Position numbers and translations under genes: made by a program
The notes under the pieces: model-generated
What the model was told of the DNA's origin: nothing
Database searches by the model: none
Seen by the model: only the letters and a program-made list of their open reading frames with translations
Part shown: positions 8,701-17,133 of the stretch, one piece after another
Layout: the number at the start of each line of letters is the position of its first letter
How positions within the stretch are numbered: position 1 is the stretch's first letter
Assembly: GCA_036495045.1 (NCBI GenBank)
Contig: DASXNN010000093.1
Span: 27,583 to 91,582, forward strand
Reading direction: 5' to 3'
Source: Candidatus Udaeobacter sp.
GTDB taxonomy: Bacteria; Verrucomicrobiota; Verrucomicrobiia; Chthoniobacterales; UBA10450
DNA length: 64,000 nucleotides

Positions 8701-11022
8701 CTACTCGCGCAATTCCGCGCCGAGTTCGCGCTGCAAACGCTCGCGAATTCTCGTGTGCGCCGCAGTCACTTCTTCACTGGTCAGTGTGCGACTTCGATCT
8801 CGATATGTCAATCTATATGCAAGCGACTTTTTTGCCTCGCCGAGTTTTTCTGTGAATAAGTCGAACAGCTCAACACTTTCCAGCAGCGGCTCTTTTGGAT
8901 TTTCGATCGCTCGCAAAATTTTTTCGTGCGGAACTTCTTCGGCGAGAATCATCGCAATGTCGCGCGTGACTGCGGGGAATTTTTCCAACTCGGCGAATTT
9001 GGTTCGTTCGTGCTCTTTTAGGAAAAGGTCGGCGTGGAGTTCGGCGACGAAAACAGGTCCGGGAGCGCTCGACTTCGCGGAAGAGAGTTGTCCACCGAAA
9101 CCAATTATTCGCTCGTCGGAATAAATATCCACTGCCAGTGCGAGATCAGGAAATTTTCCCGGGCGGAACGACAAACTTGGAACAACGACATCGAGCGCGC
9201 CCCTGAGATCGAAAAGATCGAGGTGGCGGCTCGTTTGCGATCTCCAATCTGGCGCGGTGGCGACGCTTCCCCAAAGCAAAAGGCCGAGATGGCGCTCTTC
9301 TTTTCCCGACGGGGGAATGAAGGTGCGACCAATTTCGAAAATGGCGACGCGTTCCGCGCCAGCGCGAATGTTTCGATCGAGAACGGCGAGCAAGCCGGCC
9401 AAGATGCTTGGCCGAAGCGCGACGGCATCCTCGCTCAGCGGATTGCGGAGCTCGATCGCGCCTTCGCTGAAGGCGAACCGTTCGCGCGGAAGAAGTTTTG
9501 ATGTGCGCACTTCGTTTAGACCGGCGGCGGCGAGTCGATTTCGCCATGTGGATTCTAAATCGTGCGCGTGATCGGCCGCGCTCGATGGCGAATATCGGCC
9601 GCGCTCGCGACCGGGAATTTTGTTCGCGCCGTAAGCCCGCACGACTTCCTCGATAAGATCGACATCGCGCTGTAAATCGCGGCGGTAGGTCGGAATTTTC
9701 CATTTCGTGATTTTCGCGGCGCTGGTTTTCTTCAGACCAAATCCCTCCAGGATTTCGTCGACGGTTTTCGGTTTGACCGCGACGCCGACGACGCGGTCGC
9801 ATTTTTCATAAGTCAACCAAACGTCGTGCGGATTCGAGGGAACTTTCCCGGCGGTGTGAATTTCCTTTGCCGGACTTCCGCCGGCGATTTCTTGAATCAA
9901 TTCCGTCGCGCGCGCGGATGCGCGAAGGACCATTTCGGGATCAACACCGCGCTCGAAGCGATAACTCGCGTCACTTGGAAGACTCAATTCGCGCGCGGTT
10001 TTCCGAACGCTTGCCGGCAAAAAGTAAGCCGCTTCGAGCAAAATGTTTTTGGTCGAGTCAGTCACGCCGGTTTCCTCGCCGCCCATCACGCCGCCAATTC
10101 CAACTGCGCTCTCTTGATCGGCGACAACGCAGTTGTCCGGCTTCAGCGAATAGGTCTTTCCATCGAGTGCGAGAAATTTCTCTCGATCGCGCGCAAGGCG
10201 CACGTTGATGTGGCCCTTCAATTTGTCAGCATCGAACGCGTGCGTCGGCTGACCAAGCTCGAGCATCACAAAGTTTGAGATGTCGACGATGTTGTTGATC
10301 GAGCGAATTCCGACGCTCTCTATTTTCGACCGCAGCCATTGCGGACTCGCCTCGACTTTCACATTGTCGATCTTGCGCGCGGCGAAAAACGGACATTCGC
10401 GAGTAGAAGTAATTCCGACGCCGGTCTTCCGAACGGGAACTTTTGCGTCGCGTGGCGTTGATTTCAGTTTCTTGCCGGTCAGCGCGGCAATCTCCCGCGC
10501 GAGACCGAAATGACTGAGCAAATCGCCGCGGTTCGGCGTGATCTCGACATCGAGGATCGTATCGCTCGGAAACAAATCGGAAACTGGCGCGCCTACTTTC
10601 GCTTCGGGCGATAAAATCAAAAGCCCGGCAGCGTCCGAACCGAGTCCGAGCTCGATCGCGCTGCAAAGCATTCCTTCGCTTTCAACGCCGCGCAGTTTGC
10701 TTTTGCGAATCTCGGTTCCGTTCGGCAATTTTGTTCCGAGGAGCGCGAGCGGAACTTTGTCGCCAACTTTGTAATTGGTTGCGCCGCAAACTATCTGGCG
10801 CTTCGTTCCGCTGCCGTCATCGACTTCGCAAACGGTGAGACGATCCGCATTTGGATGGCGCGACGCCGCCGTGATCTGCGAGACGATCACGTTATCGATC
10901 TTCGCGCCGCGCGTCTCGATGTTTTCGGTTTCCACGCCGGCGCGGGTCAGTAAATCAGCGATCTCGTCCGGATTTTTTGGAAGATCGACAAATTCGCGCA
11001 GCCAATTGACGGAAAATTTCAT
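8701..11022 (-). CDS. pheT: phenylalanine--tRNA ligase beta subunit
   Basis: Starts MKFSVNWLREFVDL, the canonical PheT N-terminus, at ATG 11022. This forms an ATGA overlap with the pheS stop (11019-11021). The 38 upstream codons of the track ORF are discarded. Confidence 0.95.
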   Translation of the reverse strand: MKFSVNWLREFVDLPKNPDEIADLLTRAGVETENIETRGAKIDNVIVSQITAASRHPNADRLTVCEVDDGSGTKRQIVCGATNYKVGDKVPLALLGTKLPNGTEIRKSKLRGVESEGMLCSAIELGLGSDAAGLLILSPEAKVGAPVSDLFPSDTILDVEITPNRGDLLSHFGLAREIAALTGKKLKSTPRDAKVPVRKTGVGITSTRECPFFAARKIDNVKVEASPQWLRSKIESVGIRSINNIVDISNFVMLELGQPTHAFDADKLKGHINVRLARDREKFLALDGKTYSLKPDNCVVADQESAVGIGGVMGGEETGVTDSTKNILLEAAYFLPASVRKTARELSLPSDASYRFERGVDPEMVLRASARATELIQEIAGGSPAKEIHTAGKVPSNPHDVWLTYEKCDRVVGVAVKPKTVDEILEGFGLKKTSAAKITKWKIPTYRRDLQRDVDLIEEVVRAYGANKIPGRERGRYSPSSAADHAHDLESTWRNRLAAAGLNEVRTSKLLPRERFAFSEGAIELRNPLSEDAVALRPSILAGLLAVLDRNIRAGAERVAIFEIGRTFIPPSGKEERHLGLLLWGSVATAPDWRSQTSRHLDLFDLRGALDVVVPSLSFRPGKFPDLALAVDIYSDERIIGFGGQLSSAKSSAPGPVFVAELHADLFLKEHERTKFAELEKFPAVTRDIAMILAEEVPHEKILRAIENPKEPLLESVELFDLFTEKLGEAKKSLAYRLTYRDRSRTLTSEEVTAAHTRIRERLQRELGAELRE

Positions 11023-12032
11023 GCGAACTGGCGGAGAAATCGCAGATCGTTTTGCGCAAAGAGGCGGAGATCTGGAATGTCGAACAAGATCATCGCGAGA
11101 CGGTCCATGCCGAGACCGAAGGCATAACCGCTCCACTTTTCAGGATCGTAAGCTTTGTCGCCGCGCGCTTTGTTGACCTGTTCGAAAACGGCGGGATGGA
11201 CAACACCCGAGCCGGCGACTTCAATCCATTGCTCGCCGCCTTTGAGAGCTTTTGACCTTACATAAACCTCGAGACTCGGCTCGGTGAACGGAAAATAATG
11301 CGGTCGAAATTGGACGGCTGTATCGGCACCGAACAGTTCGCGCATGAAGAATTCGAGCGTGCCTTTCAAGTCTGCGACACTGACGTTCTCATCGACGTAA
11401 AGACCTTCGATCTGATGAAATTGTGCGCTATGTGTCGCGTCTACCTCATCGCGACGATACGCCGCGCCGGGCGCGATCACTCGAATCGCCGGCCGCGATG
11501 CCTGCATGGCGCGAATTTGCACTGTCGAAGTATGCGTGCGGAGCAATCGGCCGTCGGGTAGATAAAATGTATCCTGCTCGTTACGCGCGGGATGTTCGGG
11601 CGGCGTGTTCAGGGCGTCGAAGCAATGCCATTCGTCCTCAACGTCGGCCCCATCGGCGAGCGCGAAGCCCATTCGACGGAAGATTTCGATCGAGCGCTCG
11701 AGCATTTGGGTAAGCGGATGCAGGGCGCCGATCTCATGCGGCGTTCCGGGCAGTGAGATGTCGATCTTAGCAAGCGCGCCGGTTTCTTTCTGTGATCGGA
11801 ACTGTTGCGCACGCATGTCGATCGTCGCGGTGACAGCGTTCCGGACTTCGTTAAGAAGTTTGCCGACGATCGGCTTCTCTTCCTTGGACAGCGTTTTCAT
11901 TTGCTCGCCCCAGGCCGCGACGCTGCCGCTGCGGCCGAGGTATTTCACTCGGGCAGCTTCGAGCGTCTGCTCGTCGCGCGCAGATTCGATGTCGCGCAGG
12001 GCATCGTCGCGTAGTTCTTCCAGCGGATGCAT
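11019..12032 (-). CDS. pheS: phenylalanine--tRNA ligase alpha subunit
   Basis: 337 aa with class II aaRS motifs (FRPHYFPFTEPS, GSGVVHPAVF, GLGMDRLAM). Confidence 0.95.
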   Translation of the reverse strand: MHPLEELRDDALRDIESARDEQTLEAARVKYLGRSGSVAAWGEQMKTLSKEEKPIVGKLLNEVRNAVTATIDMRAQQFRSQKETGALAKIDISLPGTPHEIGALHPLTQMLERSIEIFRRMGFALADGADVEDEWHCFDALNTPPEHPARNEQDTFYLPDGRLLRTHTSTVQIRAMQASRPAIRVIAPGAAYRRDEVDATHSAQFHQIEGLYVDENVSVADLKGTLEFFMRELFGADTAVQFRPHYFPFTEPSLEVYVRSKALKGGEQWIEVAGSGVVHPAVFEQVNKARGDKAYDPEKWSGYAFGLGMDRLAMILFDIPDLRLFAQNDLRFLRQFA

Positions 12033-12040
12033 GAAACGAA

Positions 12041-12067
12041 ACGTGAACGTCTAACGTTCAACGTTCA
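12041..12067. repeat. tandem heptamer repeat 9 nt upstream of the pheS start codon
   Basis: Plus strand reads ACGTGA ACGTCTA ACGTTCA ACGTTCA. On the coding strand this is TGAACGT TGAACGT TAGACGT TCACGT, then TTCGTTTC, then ATG. Confidence 0.6.
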
Positions 12068-12076
12068 ATGAATTTT

Positions 12077-12099
12077 GTAGGGCATTTCTGTGAAACGCC
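12077..12099 (+). repeat. GTAG-headed short hairpin (REP-like) in the rplT-pheS spacer
   Basis: GTAG, then GGCATTTC, loop tgt, then GAAACGCC. 7 of 8 positions pair, with a 3-nt loop. Confidence 0.3.
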
Positions 12100-12129
12100 G
12101 CGGCGGCTGACACAGCACCTCTAAAATCA

Positions 12130-12516
12130 TTACGCCGCTTTCTTTTTCGACTTCGATTTCTCTTCCAGCGCGCTCTTTGCTTGACCGACAATGGATTTAA
12201 ACGTCGCTTCATCTGTGACGGCGAGATCGGAGAGAATTTTGCGATCAAGTCCAATACCGGCGGCTTTCAGTCCTTCCGCCAAACGACTGTAAGTTATTCC
12301 GTTGGCACGGGCGGCGGCGTTGAGCCGTTGGATCCAGAGATAACGAAAGGTTCGTTTTCGGGTTTTGCGATCACGATAGGCCCAGTACTTGCCTTTCATT
12401 GTCGCGTCTTTTGCGTAGCGGAAAAGTTTCGATCGGCGTCCGCGATAGCCTTTGGCTTTTTTTAAGACTCGTTTGCGCCGCGCCCGACTGGCCGGGGCAT
12501 TGGTAGCTCTTGCCAT
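12130..12516 (-). CDS. rplT: 50S ribosomal protein L20
   Basis: MARATNAPASRARRKRVLKKAKGYRGRRSKLFRYAKD... is an unmistakable L20 sequence. Confidence 0.95.
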   Translation of the reverse strand: MARATNAPASRARRKRVLKKAKGYRGRRSKLFRYAKDATMKGKYWAYRDRKTRKRTFRYLWIQRLNAAARANGITYSRLAEGLKAAGIGLDRKILSDLAVTDEATFKSIVGQAKSALEEKSKSKKKAA

Positions 12517-12598
12517 TTCATTTCGTTCCGAATTGCTTCGGAACTCCTCCTTCAGCGAGCTGTTGTTCCATTGTCGATCTTTCCGGCCTCGCTCGCTG
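12517..12598 (-). promoter_or_regulatory. structured rplT 5' leader: outer 8-bp helix, SD-like AAGGAGGA, GNRA-capped 8-bp hairpin, 17-codon uORF
   Basis: Coordinates are plus strand. Helix CAGCGAGC (12553-12560) pairs with GCTCGCTG (12591-12598). Hairpin at 12525-12544 is GTTCCGAA-GCAA-TTCGGAAC. SD complement at 12545-12552. uORF at 12518-12571 ends 1 nt before the rplT ATG. Confidence 0.35.
12572..12581 (-). repeat. copy of the hyper-abundant 10-mer AAGATCGACA (intergenic, in the rplT leader)
   Basis: Plus strand reads TGTCGATCTT. On the minus strand it reads GGAAAGATCGACAATGG, and the ATG just after it starts the leader uORF. Confidence 0.9.
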
Positions 12599-12750
12599 AT
12601 TAGGTCCCACAGACGCGGGACAGGCGAAAAGATAATCCGGCGTGTTGGACCGGGCGCCTAAGATAGTTTGTGGTTTCCCAATCACAACTGAATTCTGTGA
12701 AACTCAAAAGGACGGATCCCGGCAAGCGGATCAAGCCTGCTGAATGGCTG

Positions 12751-12778
12751 TGCACAATGGTTCACTATCAGGTATAAT
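12751..12778 (+). promoter_or_regulatory. candidate sigma-70 promoter whose predicted start site coincides with the cyclase ATG (leaderless mRNA?)
   Basis: TGCACA (12751-12756), 16-nt spacer, perfect TATAAT (12773-12778). The ATG of the next gene at 12785 lies 7 nt after the -10 box. Confidence 0.35.
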
Positions 12779-12784
12779 GTCCCG

Positions 12785-14896
12785 ATGCATTGGCTTACTC
12801 GTTATCGGCTGTTGATCCTGGGGTCGATCTGCGCTTTTTGGACTGGGCTGATTTTGCTTGGCCATTTCTTCTCGGCCACGCCGTTTCTCTCGGTCCCTTG
12901 GCGGGGCGAACAAAGCTTTGAGGATTTGCTCCGGCGGGAGGGCCGAAAAACTGCGCCGCGCAATGATTTCGTTTTTCTCGGGATTGATCAAAGCACCTTG
13001 GAGTTGCCGCCGATGACGGCGGAAGAAATCGCGAACAACCGAGCGTTTCAGTTGATGACCGAGCGGCCGTTCCCGTGGTCGCGCGAAGTTTGGGCGTTGT
13101 TGCTCGACCGTTTGTTCGGGGCGGGGGCGCGCCTGGTCATCTTCGACCTGATGTTTAATCCGCCCAACGATGGTGATCCAGCATTTCATAATGCGCTCGA
13201 TCGTTACAAGGACAAAGTAGTGCTCGGTGCCAATGTGGATATGCAAAACGCCACCAAGCCACAGGTTGTTACGCCAAACGCGATACTGATTCCGCCGCCG
13301 CAGATAGAAGATGATCGCGTTGGCTTCGTGAATTTCTGGCCCGATCCGATCGATGAAAAAATCCGCGCCGTGGCTTATCGGGTGACCGATTGGGAACTCA
13401 GCGGTTTACCGCCGCACCCAGGCGAGGAAATCTTCGAATCTCTTTCTGCGCGCGCTCTAAGGAAAATCGGCCGCGGAGACGACGTACCTCGTGATTTTGG
13501 CGGCCACATGATTCGCTTCACGGACCCGGACGCGTGGGCACCGCGCCCGCTGTACGAAGTTTTTGATCCCAAATTTTGGCATGCCAATTATGCGGACGGC
13601 ACGTTTTTTAAGAACAAAATCGTGATCGTAGGAGCGTCTGCGCAAGTAGAGCACGACGTTGTCGATACGCCGATGAGTCCAACGACATGGGGCCCTACGC
13701 TTCACCTACAGGCAATGGCGGCCGCGCTTGGCCACGAATTTTTGCAGCCTACGCCACCAAACACCGGTCTTGCGTTGGTGGGTGCAGCAGGACTGATCGC
13801 GTGGTCCCTCATCGCCTTTCTGCGCCGCCCGTTGCTTTGCCTTGGCGTGCTGGTTGCAATTACCGTCGCGTATCTTGCCGCGGCGCGATTCCTTTACGAT
13901 AAGACGGGGCTGCTGCTGCTTACGGTGCCGGTCCTGGCCGCTCTGATATTAAGCGGATTATTGTCGCTCGGCTTTGAATACGCCCTCGAGCGGATCGAGA
14001 AATTGCGCACGCGGCGTACGCTCGAACGCTATGTCTCCAAGAATTTGGTGAAGGAAGTTCTTGAGAATCCGGACAGCTACTATGGCCTCCTGCGCGGTGT
14101 ACGCGTGCCGGTAACGATACTGTTCTCAGATTTGATCGGTTTTACCACGTTGTCCGAAAGAGCCGATCCCGAAGCATTGGTCGCACAACTCAATGAGTAT
14201 CTCACCCGTATGACATCAGTTGTTTTCGGCAATGGCGGCACGCTTGATAAATTCATCGGCGACGCAATTATGGCAGTATGGGGGAACGTGCGCAGTTTTG
14301 GTGTCGCGCAGGACGCCAAAAATTGCGTGCGTGCGGCGCTGGCAATGCGGGGCGGGCTGCGGGAGCTTAATGAAAAGTGGCGCGTTGAAGGGCGAATGGG
14401 GCTCGGCATGGGCATCGGTGTCAATCAAGGGGAAGTGATCGTTGGCAATATTGGTTCACAGGAGCGCATGGACCCAACTGTTATTGGCGACTCCGTCAAC
14501 CTGGCATCGCGACTCGAAGGTCTTACTCGAATTTACGGCGTCGATATTTTGGTGGGCGCGACGGCGGCCGAGTTGGTGCGCGACGAGTTTCACCTGCGCT
14601 CGATTGCGCGGGTGCAGGTAAAGGGTAAAACCAAGCCGGTGGATGTCTTCACTCTGATTGGAGCGCGAAATGAAGATGTCGATCGACAACTTCTAAAGTG
14701 GCTCGAGTCATATGAGGAGGGACTCGAGAAGTTCCGGGCGCGTGATTTTACCCAGGCAAAAATCTTGTTCTCGCGGTTCCTTGAGTTCTATCCGGACGAT
14801 CTCCTGGCGCAAACGTATCTGGCGCGCGCTCTCGAATATGAACAGCAACCGCCAGACGAGGCCTGGGACGCGGTCGAGGTGTTTAAGAAGAAATAG
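12785..14896 (+). CDS. CHASE2 sensor domain-containing class III adenylate/guanylate cyclase
   Basis: N-terminal TM helix, large periplasmic CHASE2-like region, then 3 TM helices. Cyclase core shows VTILFSDLIGFTTLSE..LDKFIGDAIMAVWG..VNLASRLE. A C-terminal TPR-like tail follows. Confidence 0.85.
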   Translation: MHWLTRYRLLILGSICAFWTGLILLGHFFSATPFLSVPWRGEQSFEDLLRREGRKTAPRNDFVFLGIDQSTLELPPMTAEEIANNRAFQLMTERPFPWSREVWALLLDRLFGAGARLVIFDLMFNPPNDGDPAFHNALDRYKDKVVLGANVDMQNATKPQVVTPNAILIPPPQIEDDRVGFVNFWPDPIDEKIRAVAYRVTDWELSGLPPHPGEEIFESLSARALRKIGRGDDVPRDFGGHMIRFTDPDAWAPRPLYEVFDPKFWHANYADGTFFKNKIVIVGASAQVEHDVVDTPMSPTTWGPTLHLQAMAAALGHEFLQPTPPNTGLALVGAAGLIAWSLIAFLRRPLLCLGVLVAITVAYLAAARFLYDKTGLLLLTVPVLAALILSGLLSLGFEYALERIEKLRTRRTLERYVSKNLVKEVLENPDSYYGLLRGVRVPVTILFSDLIGFTTLSERADPEALVAQLNEYLTRMTSVVFGNGGTLDKFIGDAIMAVWGNVRSFGVAQDAKNCVRAALAMRGGLRELNEKWRVEGRMGLGMGIGVNQGEVIVGNIGSQERMDPTVIGDSVNLASRLEGLTRIYGVDILVGATAAELVRDEFHLRSIARVQVKGKTKPVDVFTLIGARNEDVDRQLLKWLESYEEGLEKFRARDFTQAKILFSRFLEFYPDDLLAQTYLARALEYEQQPPDEAWDAVEVFKKK
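14677..14688. repeat. perfect 12-nt palindrome TGTCGATCGACA, i.e. two head-to-head motif cores
   Basis: Read directly from the sequence; it lies inside the cyclase CDS. Confidence 0.9.
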
Positions 14897-14959
14897 TTCA
14901 CCGAGAATTCTGTTCCGCTTTCTGTAGCCAAACCCCGTAACGCAGATTACAGAATTCGC

Positions 14960-16354
14960 GTGACGAAGAAAGAGCCGCAGAATCTTCATTTTCTCGGTAT
15001 TTGCGGAACGGCCATGGGTTCGGTAGCGGCGGCGCTGGGCGAGCGCGGCTTCCGAGTTACCGGCTCGGACGAAAATGTTTATCCGCCGATGTCGATCTTT
15101 TTGGAAAAGAAAGGCATCGCGCTCGCCGAAGGTTATCGCGCCGAAAATATTCCAGCCAATGTCGATATTGTGGTAATCGGCAACGCGATCAAGCGCGGCA
15201 ATCCCGAGGTGGAGGCTGTGCTCAATCGCAAGTTATTTTATCTTTCATTGCCGGAAGTCTTGAAAAATTATTTTCTGCGTGACCGTCATAATCTTGTCGT
15301 CACTGGCACGCACGGCAAGACAACTACGACCGCGCTGCTGGCCTGGATCATGGAAAAGTCGGGACGCAAACCTGGTTATCTCATCGGCGGACTTCCCAAA
15401 AATTTCGGACAAGGTGCACGGCTGAATGATTCGAAATTTTTTATCGTCGAAGGCGACGAGTACGACACCGCTTTCTTCGACAAGCGCTCGAAGTTCATTC
15501 ATTACCTGCCCGAATTGGTGATCGTAAACAACATCGAGTTTGATCATGCGGACATCTTCAACAATCTCGATGAAATCAAGCTCAGCTTTCGGCGTTTGCT
15601 CAACATCGTTCCTCAAAACGGCATGGTCGTACTCAATGGCGACGACGCTAGTTGCGTTCAGGTGGCGAAAGATTGCCTCGCGCAGATGATTGAGGTCGGC
15701 TTTTCGAAGAATTGCGCGCAGCGTATTCGCGACGTGGCTTACTCGTCCGGTCGCTCAAGATTCAAACTTGGTGAGGAAACCTTCGAAGTTCCGCTCATCG
15801 GCGAATTCAATGTCCGTAACGCAGCGATGGCGGCGACAGCCGCGCGATTTTATGAAGTCCCAAAAACAAAGATCGACAACGCATTGAAAAGTTTTTCCGG
15901 CATCGCGCGGCGGCAGGAACTCCGTGGCGAAGTGCGCGGCGTGAAGGTGATCGACGATTTCGGCCATCACCCGACCGCAATCGCATATACGCTGCAAGCA
16001 CTCCGCCATCGTTATCGCGGCCATCGCATTTGGGCCATCTTTGAGCCACGCACCAACACGACGCGACGTGCGGTTTTTCAACAGCAGCTTCCCGACGCAT
16101 TGAAAACGGCGGATGGCGTTTTTATTTCGCAGGTTGCCAAGCTGGAGCAAATCCCGGAAGAAGAGAGGTTAAATCCCGAGGCGGTCGTAACTGCGATCGC
16201 CAAAGCTGGCCGCACCGCGTTTTATGAGGAGAATGCGGATGCAATTGTCGATCGAATTGTGCCGATGCTCCGTAGGCAAGATATCGTAGCGGTGTTCAGC
16301 AATGGTGGATTCGATAATATTCACGAGAAGTTGCTGAAGAGGTTACAAGGTTAA
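14960..16354 (+). CDS. mpl: UDP-N-acetylmuramate:L-alanyl-gamma-D-glutamyl-meso-diaminopimelate ligase (murein peptide ligase)
   Basis: Close to E. coli Mpl along its length: LGICGTAMG, GSDENVYPPMS, GTHGKTTTT, DEYDTAFFDKRSKF, NNIEFDHADIF and FSNGGFDNIHEKLL. GTG start. Confidence 0.85.
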   Translation: MTKKEPQNLHFLGICGTAMGSVAAALGERGFRVTGSDENVYPPMSIFLEKKGIALAEGYRAENIPANVDIVVIGNAIKRGNPEVEAVLNRKLFYLSLPEVLKNYFLRDRHNLVVTGTHGKTTTTALLAWIMEKSGRKPGYLIGGLPKNFGQGARLNDSKFFIVEGDEYDTAFFDKRSKFIHYLPELVIVNNIEFDHADIFNNLDEIKLSFRRLLNIVPQNGMVVLNGDDASCVQVAKDCLAQMIEVGFSKNCAQRIRDVAYSSGRSRFKLGEETFEVPLIGEFNVRNAAMAATAARFYEVPKTKIDNALKSFSGIARRQELRGEVRGVKVIDDFGHHPTAIAYTLQALRHRYRGHRIWAIFEPRTNTTRRAVFQQQLPDALKTADGVFISQVAKLEQIPEEERLNPEAVVTAIAKAGRTAFYEENADAIVDRIVPMLRRQDIVAVFSNGGFDNIHEKLLKRLQG

Positions 16355-16427
16355 AAGGTTACAGCGCTACAAAAGGATCCTCCTCTGGAGCTATTTAACC
16401 CTGTAACTCTCGCAACATTTTAACGAA

Positions 16428-16895
16428 TTACTGCGTCGGCGCAGCCGCTGAGGTGTGATCGTGCGCGATGCGCCAGCCGTCGGCCGTTCTGCGAACGATC
16501 AAAGTGAAACGACCACGCGGCCGATCCTGCGCGCGCTTTAATTTCCAGCGACCCAGGACGACTGCTGCATCGGCGCTAATCGGCGTAATCTCCAGATCGG
16601 AAAAAGTGAGGCGGCCCATTTTCGCGCGATCGGAATATTTCTTTAAGTAGCGCTCACGCACGGTTTCCCAACCCCTTCTCACCGTGTCTTCTGAAACAAA
16701 GGTCGTCGATCCTGAACGCGCGTATCCGCTCATGAAGCCGTCAATATTGCCTCGGTTCCAGGCGTCCTGCTGTGCATGCAGCACAGCCCGAATTTCGGTG
16801 GTTGCGTCGGCATTTTTTTGCTGCTCACTTGATGCCGCCGCAGCGGTTGCACCGAGAACGTAAACCGCGAGAAAGCATGCAAGTGGAATTTTCAA
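16428..16895 (-). CDS. secreted NTF2-fold protein (DUF4440 / SnoaL-like)
   Basis: Signal peptide MKIPLACFLAVYVLGATAAAA. Has the pattern WNRGNIDGFMSGY..GRWKL..RFTLIVRRTADGWRIAHDHTS, typical of DUF4440-type proteins. Confidence 0.7.
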   Translation of the reverse strand: MKIPLACFLAVYVLGATAAAASSEQQKNADATTEIRAVLHAQQDAWNRGNIDGFMSGYARSGSTTFVSEDTVRRGWETVRERYLKKYSDRAKMGRLTFSDLEITPISADAAVVLGRWKLKRAQDRPRGRFTLIVRRTADGWRIAHDHTSAAAPTQ

Positions 16896-17080
16896 ACTTG
16901 CTAAAATCTTTGTTGATTCAATTCGTTTGGAATCAGTTTAGGCACTAGCGTTTTCACGTGTTCGCATCGCCGCGTTGTGAACCACGCCGCAAGGGTTGCA
17001 AGATCGACCATTTCTTATAGAATACACTCCGCCGTGTCCAACTCGAGTAACCGGATTTCCGTTTGGACCGGCGAAGTAGT

Positions 17081-17109
17081 TTGACCTGCGATCCTGAATT
17101 TATTAGCAT
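17081..17109 (+). promoter_or_regulatory. candidate sigma-70 promoter upstream of the secretin gene
   Basis: TTGACC (17081-17086), 17-nt spacer, TAGCAT (17104-17109), located 25 nt before GTG 17134. Confidence 0.3.
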
Positions 17110-17133
17110 CGTCCCCTCATCATAAATAACATC

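Noticed and set aside
9146-9802. Long overlapping or antisense ORFs inside strong genes: 110-511, 9146-9802, 18919-19578, 24154-24744, 26811-27413, 57709-58239, 61383-62135, 61565-62326, 63121-63591
   Set aside because: All lie within or opposite confidently identified conserved genes. Their Arg/Ser/Pro/Gly-rich translations are typical of out-of-frame shadows in GC-rich coding DNA.
12033-12129. T-box or pheM-type leader-peptide attenuator in front of pheS
   Set aside because: The spacer is only 97 nt, far too short for a T-box. It contains no Phe-rich mini-ORF or terminator/antiterminator pair.
16330-16420. Direct GGTTACA repeats and a 7-bp stem (GTTACAG...CTGTAAC) after mpl as a terminator or repeat element
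   Set aside because: The loop is very long, there is no U-tract, and the repeats partly lie in the mpl coding end. Not distinctive enough.
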